A stretch of 64,000 bases of DNA. Origin: Haliotis cracherodii. Its lineage: Eukaryota. A program made the position numbers and the translations under genes. The DNA lies in contig NW_027266275.1 in NCBI RefSeq assembly GCF_022045235.1, forward strand, positions 17,236,001 to 17,300,000, written 5' to 3'. How positions within the stretch are numbered: the stretch's first letter is position 1; every line of letters starts with the position of its first letter. The notes beneath the pieces are model-generated. The model had not been told where the DNA came from. It saw only the letters and a program-made list of their open reading frames with translations, and did no database searches. Shown piece by piece: positions 25,823 to 36,442 of this stretch.

Positions 25823-27387
25823 CTGTCCCATCCATATGAAAAAAAGGAAGAAAAAATATTTGTTAGTCTCTCATATGATTCTATATGTTTAGGTACACAT
25901 ATTTATGTGGCGTAAATATACAGATTAAATATGATATAACATATACTCACTAAATATAAATATATTCTTATAAAGTTTACGTATTTAGTAAATAGTTGTG
26001 TGCACGTAACATGAAATAGTAATATGTGAAAAGAAAAGGAATGATCTGCGAAAAATATTTAATTGAATTATTTAAAGATGATTTCATGTGTTATTAAGCA
26101 CATTAACACTTGTTAATAATATCATGTTACCATTAATCATTTGTTTTTAACTGAAATGAAAATTGAAATGGTAGCTCTTTTCTTATAACACAGCATACCT
26201 TATAAATTACATACACGTGACATTCACCACTACAGAACGAAAGTGACATTCACCATTACAATTAACATGAAGTAACTCTCATCTGTGCAATAGTGTCTGT
26301 CATAGGGAAACGAGCACTTACACATGTGCAGTAGTGTTGTTTATAGACATAATCACCATGACAACGGCAACCATGATTGTGTACACTTCATGCTGTTAGG
26401 AAAGTACATCTCAACATCACCATGGAAACGAACAGGCATGTACATGTAGTTTCGATAAATGGAGTGACAGATTGAAATTTATCCATCTTTAAGAAATGTA
26501 ATTAATTGTTTAAGGTGAAATAGTCTATTGCATCTGTCTTTCCAAGTAGGTGGAAGAATATTATAAATATACACCATTCAACGATTTCCATCGTATATCT
26601 CGGAATGTAAGAAAACATTGATACCAATAGTTCACAATTAGTATTACCTTATGGGGTCGCATTTGATTGTGATACTAAATATATACAAAACATGAAAAAT
26701 AATGTTAAAATACGTGAGGTTTCAAAAGATTCTGTTGAGACATGATAAAACAGACATTGACCAAGAAAACCATAAGTGGCACTGCGAAAAATATATCACA
26801 GGTAACGCTATTTACATATTTACATGTACACTCGTACATATCTTTTTCAGCACAGTGGCATGGTTTGACTAAGGCATGTGTGACATTAATAATAATTTAC
26901 AAAATAACTGATTAGATTTTATGCAGCTTTAATGATTAGCTACACCCCGACGCGAAACAGGCGTGTTTTTGTACCCAAGTGGAGAATCGAACCTGGATGC
27001 TAGGAGTGACAAGCGAATGTTTTAACCACTAGGCTACCCCGAAGCACACACGGACATTAAATAAAATACATTCTCATATATATAGACGTCGACATTACCT
27101 ATATATTAAGATCCGTTTCATGCAAGCCAGATGCCATACATACATGTCAGTGGCTGTACAGTAGATGATATATGCAGCAGTGAGCATAACCGAGTGCGAA
27201 GGAAGCTGGTGTACGTGTTTCAAAGGAGGTGTTCGAGGACCACAGAGATAATATTTTCGTCATGTAATGTAATGTTTATGTCTCATACGAGACATATAAT
27301 AGGAGGAGCAAACTGTGTGAAATAAGTCCCTTTGGATCATAATTTGGGATATATTTGTGGTCGTATGGTGATTCTTGCTGTAAAACT

Positions 27388-27623
27388 TGAGTGAGTGAGT
27401 TGGGTTTAACGCCGATTTTAACAGTATTCCAGTTATATCACGGCGTGTCAGTTTAATGAGGGAGGAAGCCCGAAGTGATGCAGGTCTCAGATGAAATCCA
27501 CGAGCTAGGGTATGGTGCTGACCGGGATTCGAACCCACAATCATAGGTTTCTGGCGTGCCCAAGGGACGCAACTCTGCACAGCGAATCGCGGCGCCTCAG
27601 ACGACTGGACCACCCGTGTCCCT
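27388..27623 (-). mobile_element. tRNA-derived SINE, family B
   Basis: Homologous to the 15670 and 24319 copies. Confidence 0.85.
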
Positions 27624-27886
27624 GTAATACTTGAGGTAGGGATGGGGGGAGGAGTTTTTAATTCAGATCTACATCTACAACTCAACATATATATCCGTTT
27701 TTGAAATGCAATCGTAATAATCATTAGGCTAACCCACCACTCAGTTTACCACAATGAACACAGATATAACAGGTTATTCATGTAGCCAGTTCCATACGCT
27801 TAACAAAATGTATGTCTCCTCGAATATCTCCTTCCACATGGGCGCACATCGTATCACACAAGAAGCACACATACACATATACTTAC

Positions 27887-27889
27887 AAT
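27887..27889 (-). CDS. RING gene microexon 2 (ATT, Ile)
   Basis: CTAAC branch point and T tract, then atccgcag|ATT|gtaagt. Confidence 0.72.
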
Positions 27890-28121
27890 CTGCGGATCAA
27901 ATGAAAAAACAAAGGCTATTAGTTAGAAAAATAAGTTTTTTTATGAACATACAGAATAGAGACTGATGTGATCAAAATGTTAACCCCCAAGTCTTTTGGG
28001 GTAGAATTTGAAAAATGAATATTTTACGATTCTTCGGTGGAAAAGCAAATATTCTGTTTATTTCGTAGAGGTGTTATAAAGTCATGTTAAATATTAATGT
28101 AAGTAGAAAGAGTATACTTAC

Positions 28122-28124
28122 TGG
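28122..28124 (-). CDS. RING gene microexon 1 (CCA, Pro)
   Basis: T-rich tract, then gccaacag|CCA|gtaagt. Confidence 0.7.
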
Positions 28125-28962
28125 CTGTTGGCGTTACATGTAATAAAAATAAAGAGTTTAAAGCGATTACGTTTAACAACTGCACCAGGTTACAATAAAA
28201 ACGACAAAAACACTTTCCATTTTCATATGAAATATGCTAAAAGGAGAGTCCATTTTTCGATGTTTCCGACTACTAGCATGTCATAAAGCATGTGTTTATG
28301 AATCACTATCCGATAGTGATGATACTAGGTGGTCAGGAACAGTTTAGCGTATCCTGTCCCACTAGTGGCACCCGTCAGTTTGACAAACACATGCAAAGGC
28401 AAGTTAATGTTTCACCTAAAAAAAACATAGGAACTTAGGGTACGAGTCAAAACAAAAAATTGCATCGGACATCATTTTCGTCACTGATGCGTCAAATTTG
28501 GAAATGTCCTCCACGTGTCTACCATAAAACAACAAACGCTTTGGGAAAAAAATGGTAAGTAAAACCATTATATCTCCTGATAATTATTTTAAATATAGCT
28601 ATTGGTCTGGTAAATACACAATGTCAGTGACACTGCAGTGAATGGTTCAGAATCGTTAGGATAAAGACTTAAGTCGTTACACTTAAATCATAATATATAC
28701 CATTCTACAGAGATACTCAGTGACGGTGACTGTCACTTTTACTTATTTAATTGATGAACTAATTTGTACTCAATACTTTTGCAATCACACACTTTTATAA
28801 ATGCATTTATGACCTGGTCCACATCCAGATGATATGTATCTCATAGGACCAAACTAATATACTCATGCTCATAATTATAGTCACCCCTATGCCGACGCGC
28901 ATATATCTATCTACGTGATGACAATAATTATGGGCATGAGATATAAGTAGTTGTAAACTTAT

Positions 28963-29335
28963 ATTATCATCCAAAACTGGCTCCCACAGGAGATATCGCT
29001 TGGGGGAGATCAAGCGATATCTACATTGTAGATATCGCTGCAGTTAAATTGCATCACAATGCTTTGCAGGCTATCGTGACGTCATTGTTACATGACGTCA
29101 CAATCAAATGACATCACTAATGGCTCTGCTACTGAAGCTGTAAGCAGTACTTTTTACGCTTAAGACACTGCGTATTACTACCTACAAACTGAAAAGTTGG
29201 AAGAATGATGTTGGATGATAAATAAAATCTCACCCTCGTGTCTTTTGATATCAAACATATCAACACTCGTTGATAAAAGTGGAAAAACTTTTTTTGATAT
29301 ATACGATATCAAAAGACATGTGGTGATATTCTCTA
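28963..29335. repeat. Dispersed repeat, copy 1 (homolog of 33794-34200, palindromic part internally deleted)
   Basis: TTATCATCCAAAACTGGCTCCCACA... is shared with the 33794 copy. Confidence 0.8.
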
Positions 29336-29673
29336 TTTATTAATATAAAACACGAACAAATAAGTGACTTGAGTAAAGTCATATTTTCAAAGTATAGAAA
29401 TAGCAATCTTTCGTAAATTGAGTAAAACTTCGAAATACCAAGATCTAAGTTTACCAATAGGGATGAATCAATAAAATATTCACAAACATGACAAGTTATT
29501 ATTCCTATTACAGGACGTTTTTACTGGAACTGGTAAAGGCGTCATCAATAAATTTCATGTTGTGATATAATTAAACACAACTCACAACTGATATTATTTT
29601 TTTACACTCACAGTGCATAAGCGGTGAGAGGATTAAAAGAAATTGTGAAGGTAGGTTTAGTAAAGACTCTCAC

Positions 29674-30136
29674 CCCTGCGTGGTAGGTGCATGCCATGCT
29701 ATGGTTGCCCGCTTCTCTGAATGGTTTCTTGCAATTCTTACACGTGAAGACATCCTGCCCTGCGTGTGACGGCCTAGGAGATTTGCCAAGACTAAGAACT
29801 AGAGACTGGTTCTCTGCAACTGAATCCTTTGACTGTGGAGAGCTGTCGGAGAACATGTCATCGCTGGTGTCGTCATTGTGTTTAGAACGTACACTGTCCA
29901 AGTAGCTTTGCTGCTTTGATCTGAAATGGCTCATGACCGCTTGTCGTTGATGTCGTTCAAGTTGAAAATGTTGACGTAGAACGTAGTCTCGGTGACGCCG
30001 GACCTCCAGGTTGGTTGATTTCGCTGCCCGCGCAACCTGTTGCCTCAGCTTCTTCTCCAGGCATCGCGTCTTGCTTTGGTGGGTGAAGAGGTCACAGTAC
30101 TGAACTCGGAACCCACAAGCCTCGCAGTCCACAAAT
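29674..30136 (-). CDS. RING/TRAF-ZnF gene, exon 2 (end of TRAF-type ZnF, coiled coil, Ser-rich linker, start of CHORD-like motif)
   Basis: Acceptor CTTCCTGCAG|A (phase 2), donor GGG|GTGAGA (phase 0). Ends CKNCKKPFREAGNHSMACTYHAG. Confidence 0.85.
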
Positions 30137-30715
30137 CTGCAGGAAGGGTAACTGTGGTTGAGATTTGTTCACTGAACTGAACAATTTAATGTCACACATT
30201 GGTGTGTATGTTTCTTTAAACCCATGATAAATATGCAATGTGTTCGAAGTTTTCACCCGGTGGGAATGGGTGGGCGGTGGTTTAGTAGTAGGGTAAGTGA
30301 GCACTATGGCTTTACGCCGCTTTTAGCAATAACCCAGCATTATATCTTTGGGTTAAGCAGTTCGGGGAGAACTAGGAGGCATGATGTTTGGCCCAAGAAA
30401 GTTCCATATTTCGTTGTGCAGAGTTATGTCTCTTCCAAGGTTTCGCTTGAAAGTTGGGTCGTGTTCCCAGGTTCGCCCTGTTTATGACCCTTGATCACAC
30501 CCGTGGTTGATGGTTTCATCAAAATGGTGAACGTGTACATACTGAGCATCTTTGTTTATTCCTCCCACAAAAAGCTGACTTGCGGTATATTAGTTGAATT
30601 TCTAGTCAAAGCAGAGTTAAACCAATCTCACTCACTTACTAAAATGTATGTGCGTGATGTCCTAAAGAAAATTGTTACAACATTATAACAATATCATTTC
30701 GTTCAAATATATATA

Positions 30716-30890
30716 CAGTAAACTACGGTCAAAACGAACACAAAGGGACCACTTATTTTAGTTCGTAATAACCGTAGCTCGTTATAAACATATATACATC
30801 ATACATGCAACAAACGGCCGGGACTAAAAAATAAGTTCGTTATATCGTTCAGTTCGTTATAAGCGTGTTCGTTATAAACGTATTTTACTG
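30716..30890. mobile_element. Tigger/pogo-type MITE
   Basis: TA|CAGTAAAA...TTTTACTG|TA ends with a TA TSD. Confidence 0.8.
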
Positions 30891-30932
30891 TATTATCTGG
30901 ACATATTGAATGCAATGGGTTCAAACACGTAC

Positions 30933-31342
30933 CTGTGATAGCACTCCTCGGCATGAATACTCGCCTCGCACCTCTTCACAGTCTTACAACATCCAACGTT
31001 TTTGTAAGGACAAGAAACAGGAGCGTTAGGACACACATCAGCCACGTGGTCGGGAAGATCCGCTAGCTCGCAAACAATGCCACACCCATGGTTACACTTG
31101 ATTCTCAACCTCAACAGCTTCAGTTTTAGCTCCACCGATACCTCCGAGGACTCTGCGTTGAGCTTGGTTGAGCATTCCGGACAGTATCGAGACGTCCTGG
31201 TCTTGCTGCGCCTCCAGATGCACGACTGACAGAAGATGTGATGACAGGAGTTTGACACGGGGTTCACGAACACTTGGCTGCAGATGCTGCAGATGAGGTT
31301 CGGGTCTATTGTGCCAACAAATAAAGTCAGATCGAGACCCAT
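30933..31342 (-). CDS. RING finger (C3HC4) + TRAF-type zinc finger E3 ligase, RNF151/RNF41/PDZRN3-like, first coding exon
   Basis: MGLDLTLFVGTIDPNLICSIC...CHHIFCQSC...CPEC, followed by CNHGC...HVADVCPNAPVSCP...GC...HAEEC. Donor AG|GTACGT. The full model including microexons is 963 nt (320 aa). Confidence 0.9.
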
Positions 31343-31656
31343 AACGCCCTCAGACGCTCTGTTCAGGGTGTTTGTGTTATTGGAGTGTTAAATCTCAGTC
31401 CAAGAATTGGGTGTATTGTCAGATGCTACAAATACCACAAATGCCGATTTCGAACCTTTCTGTTTGTCTCGGTATATGTTCAGAAGCAACCGACGTACGT
31501 ACTTAATTTCAGTATCACTGCATTATATTACATTACGTATACGTACGGTTTGCTGATAGAACATTTCTGAAAATAAAATAATATGGATATGTCACAATTC
31601 TAAATTCAGTCAATTTATAAAATGACTCAGTAACAACGTAAATTACCCAAGAAAAC

Positions 31657-32945
31657 GGGTTGATATGGGAGTCTTGGGTTGATATGGTCTAGGGTTGATA
31701 TGACAGTCTCGGGTTGATATGGCAGTCTCGGGATCATGTGATAGTCTCGGGTTGATACGACAGTCTCGGGTTGATATGGGAGTTTAGGGTTGATATGGGA
31801 GTCTAGGGTTGATATGGGAGTCTTAGGTTGATATGGGAGTCTAGGGTTGATATGGGAGTCTTAGGTTGATATGGGAGTCTAGGGTTGATATGGGAGTCTA
31901 GGGTTGATATGGGAGTCTTAGGTTGATATGGGAGTCTAGGGTTGATATGGGAGTCTCAGGACAATGTGATAGTCTCGGGTTGATAGGGGAGTCTCGGGTT
32001 GATTTGACAGTCTCGGGTTGATATGGGAGTCTAGGGTTGATATAACAGTCTCAGGTTGATATGGGAGTCTAGGGTTGATATGGCAGTCTCGGGATCATGT
32101 GATAGTCTAGGGTTGATATGGGAGTCTCGGGTTGATATGACAGTGTCGGGTTGATATGGGAGTCTAGGGTTGATATGACAGTCTCAGGTTGATATGGGAG
32201 TCTAGGGTTGATATGGCAGTCTCGGGATCATGTGATAGTCTAGGGTTGATATGGGAGTCTCGGGTTGATATGGGAGTCTAGGGTTGATATAACAGTCTCA
32301 GGTTGATATGGGAGTCTCGGGTTGATATGGGAGTCTTGGGATCATGTGATAGTCTCGGGTTGATATGGGAGTCTCGGGTTGATATGGGAGTCTCGGGTCG
32401 ATATGGGAGTCGTGGGTTGATATGGGAGTCTCGGGTTGATATGGGAGTCTCGGGTTGATATGGGAGTCTAGGGTTGATATGGGAGTCTAGGGTTGATATG
32501 ACAGTCTCAGGTTGATATGGGAGTCTAGGGTTGATATGGCAGTCTCGGGATCATGTGATAGTCTAGGGTTGATTTGACAGTCTCGGGTTGATATGGGAGT
32601 CTAGGGTTGATATAACAGTCTCAGGTTGATATGGGAGTCTCGGGTTGATATGGGAGTCTCGGGTTGATATGGGAGTCTAGGGTTGATATGGGAGTCTCAG
32701 GACAATGTGATAGTCTAGGGTTGATATGGGAGTCTCGGGTTGATATGGGAGTCTCGGGTTGATATGGGAGTCTAGGGTTGATATGGGAGTCTCAGGACAA
32801 TGTGATAGTCTAGGGTTGATATGGGAGTCTCGGGTTGATATGGGAGTCTCGGGTTGATTTGACAGTCTCGGGTTGATATGGGAGTCTCGGGTTGATATGG
32901 GAGTCTCGGGTCGATATGGGAATCTCGGGTTGATATGGGAGTCTT
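31657..32945. repeat. Minisatellite, ~19-20-bp unit (GGGTTGATATGGGAGTCT[A/C])
   Basis: Direct tandem repeats visible in the sequence. Confidence 0.95.
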
Positions 32946-33793
32946 CAGTATGCTTTGGAGAGTGTCACACAGTTACCTTTAAATATAAGTACCTAGTTTG
33001 AGTTTAAAATGACCTAATCGTTGACTCGTTATTCACCAACCAAGGGAGAAAACCCTTTGTAGTGTAAACCCTGTTTTCAGGAAGGAGTGTACTACCGCTT
33101 CTTAAATCACGATTAGTTTGAATACGAAGCAAGATAAATAGCTTAGTTGCAATGTCAATGAAAGGGCTAGTATGTATTGCTGATACAGCGAACAGTGTGT
33201 GGGCTTTTGATGAAACACAGGCAGGTCACCATCAGATAACATGGGTCGTTGGATCATGCCAGTGACCTTGAACTGTACATAGATATTCGATTAGACTCCA
33301 ACTGGTGGCCAGTCGTTATTAATGTGATCGTATCGGGTCTGTTTCACAAGGACATCTGTTACCAACGGGCCTTGCACGATTTCACTTCTATGGCCATACA
33401 ACTGAAGCATATCTGTAGTAATTTCAAACACAATACAATCGCGAAACAAATATTGATTCATGAAATTGCACAAATGTAACATTTGTTGATGCTGTCCTCA
33501 TAGTTAAAATACATTCGTGTTTTACCATAATGTGTTTTTAATACAATGCATAGTAGCATCCTTTTGTAATTCATTATTAGTTAAAATACATTCGTACTGT
33601 GATATTATGCGTTTCCTTGATATAGTGCATAACAACATTTTTCAGTCATTCATAGTTAGAATACACTCGTATTTTACCACTATTTGGTCTCTTACAGTGC
33701 TATTCTGTCCTTTCCTGCTTTTAAATCCATTTATGTTTCAGGTTCAATATGCCTTAACTTCAGGCAAGGGTGTACAGTATATGTAAAAGTAGT

Positions 33794-34200
33794 TTATCAT
33801 CCAAAACTGGCTCCCACATGAGATATCGCTTCGGTGAGATCAAGCGATATCTACACTGTAGATATCGCTACAATGAAATTGCATCACAATGCTTTGCAGA
33901 CCATTGTGAAGTCATTGGTTACCATGACGTCACAATCAAATGACATCACTGATGGCTTTACTACTAAAGCTATTAGCAGTACTTTTTACACTTTAGACAC
34001 TGCTTATTACTGTCTACAAACTGAAAAAGAATGATGTTGGATGATAAATATAATCTCATCCTCGTGTCTATTGATATCAAATATATCAACACTCGTTGAT
34101 AAAAGTGAAAAAAATCCTCGGCAAGCCTCGGAGTTTTCCCACTTTTATCAACTCGTGTTGATATATTTGATATCAAAAGACACTCGGGTGAGATTCTCTA
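33794..34200. mobile_element. Dispersed repeat, copy 2, ending in a ~155-bp palindromic MITE-like hairpin (34050-34200)
   Basis: Arms AATCTCATCCTCGTGTC... and ...GACACTCGGGTGAGATT around the centre CCTCGGCAAGCCTCGG. Confidence 0.75.
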
Positions 34201-36376
34201 TATACATCTGGTGTTCTTACGTTTTAAATGATCCTTTTACCTACCTTGCGATCCGCCCTGTCCTCCCAACGTACAGTCTATACCTTACAGTTATGCAGAG
34301 AAATGCATTTCAAAGTGGTTCCCAATGATTTGTTCGTTCTACAAAACAATGTTCCTATCGCAGCGTGCAGTAATTTGTCAACCATAACAAACTTTGGAAC
34401 AGATCTATCTCACTAAATCCGACACCCGCATTGAATCCGTTGACCAGTTGACCTTCTGTGGGGTATTATCTGAGCATGCATTTAAAATCTCGCGTGTGTA
34501 TTTACTCGATACGGGGCAGAAAACAATACTCATGTCAACAGCTGGTGTATAAGAAAGAAATATATAATACCTACTGTCATAGCACTTGGTTCCGTTCCAC
34601 TAGACCCTTCATTTGATAGGCTATGCCTGTTCACTATCTATCCTACCATATATCATGTTGGACATTTCGTGCAGTGGGTAAACTACATGCGGTGAATTCC
34701 TTTGCCTGTAGGCGCAACGCAAGCGGAATACATCAGTGTGTATCTATTGTATGCTGAGGATAATGTCACAATGACGTGAGGGAAAATTTACCAATACATA
34801 TATTACTGAAGTAGAGTTTAATATGGTGTCGCATTTTTATTCAAAGTTGACATTGCAAGATAATATATTTTATATGTTTATTGCGTTGTGAAATGTATTC
34901 TCACTGGACTCGCCCGATGAAAATACTTACATGTGAAATTATTAATGCCATCTAATATTGTGGTAGGGTTGTGTCATTTTTATCATTATTAATTGATTTT
35001 TGACAAGTCAGATTGATTTATGCTAGTGTAACGTATGTTACATCCACTAACGCCAGTGGAACAAGACCTGATAATATTGTGCCGACTGCTATCAGTCTTA
35101 ACGTTACACCTCCCCACCGCCTATGTGTAACATTGAACGTGGTGTTCAACAAAACAGATTGAAGATCGCCTCATAGCGTTTTGTCAGTGTCATGGCAGGA
35201 AACAGTAACATAGTGTACTTGAATAGCACAATGTTGGTATGGACAGGACATGCTGACCCTTTTTGCGAACTCCCTTTTATGCCCAATGGAATCTGCTTCG
35301 TCGGATAATCGAGACTGGTTCTTCTCTGGTGTTGGCGTCTTATGGCTATCTGGATGACTATCCCCTTAAAATATTGTAAGGGAATACAGCATTGTCTATG
35401 GCAGTCACATTCACAGAGCTATTAGTTGTTGCAGAGACCGATTCTGTATCTTAAACCTGTTCATTTTATGCCTTTTTATTTTCAACTATTGTTTATCACA
35501 TTCCATTTACCTAAAACCGTTGTTTATCTCTCCAGGAGTTAAGTGAAAGCTATTCTTTATATTCAACCCGTTTATTTCAAACAATTACTTGTTAATTTCA
35601 CTTCAGTCCCAACACAACCCTTGTACTTTTATTCTGTTCTTTGAGTCACCTGGACCTTGAAATAATTTGTTTACTGTAGGTTGTGATATTGTGTATACCC
35701 GGTATATTGTTATACACCATTCTTGTTCTGTAAACGCCAGTTCTCTCACACACGGACTTCAAGTGTTGTGTAATACAGTTTACTGTGCTCATTCAGTACT
35801 TATCATAACTAAAGTTATCTTACAAAATGGAACCAAATGCTAGTGTAAAATTTCAAACCACAGGGTTTCGCCTTCAAGTCTAATTTAGAAGCTCTACATA
35901 GAGCAATAGCTGTCGAACAGCGTTGTCAAGTAATTAGTGCATTGATCCTCTGTTGGTGTATCGAAAATCTTTGTGAAACTCACTTCTTCGATCTGTCGAG
36001 CGATAAGCTAGGTTTACTTAAACAATCTAGAGACCTACGGTTGACTATTCTTTGGCGAGATAGCTACAGGTTTGCTTAGCACGTACACACGCGATCTGGT
36101 CCCTGAGTGAAATCGACGTATGTCTGCTTCTCAAGTTGCAGTTTTATGGGGCGATTGCTAAGACAAGGCTCATATCCTTATTCTTTACATTAAAAAACCT
36201 AACTAACAGAGCTTAACTCATTACAGAGAACACCTGTTTCTGATAATGTTGATTCTTTCAACAAGTTCTGATTATAATATTCAATCAGATATGAAAGGTC
36301 GCTGACAGTAATAAAGTAATAAAGATTGTCAAATCAGTTTGCGATTCCTTTTCCATATATCGTATTCTCACACGTT

Positions 36377-36379
<3 letters not shown>

Positions 36380-36440
<61 letters not shown>
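36380..36440. repeat. (GA)n microsatellite
   Basis: Pure GA run. Confidence 0.98.

Positions 36441-36442
<2 letters not shown>

Noticed and set aside
26316-26321. Seventh minus-strand GTAAGT donor in the microexon region
   Set aside because: The nearest upstream AG is about 64 nt away, is an AAG without a pyrimidine tract, and would shift the frame.
29608-29673. ORF-track C-terminus VRVFTKPTF...AYAL* for the RING gene
   Set aside because: Read-through into the intron past the GGG|GTGAGA donor, which would leave the Cys/His motif incomplete.
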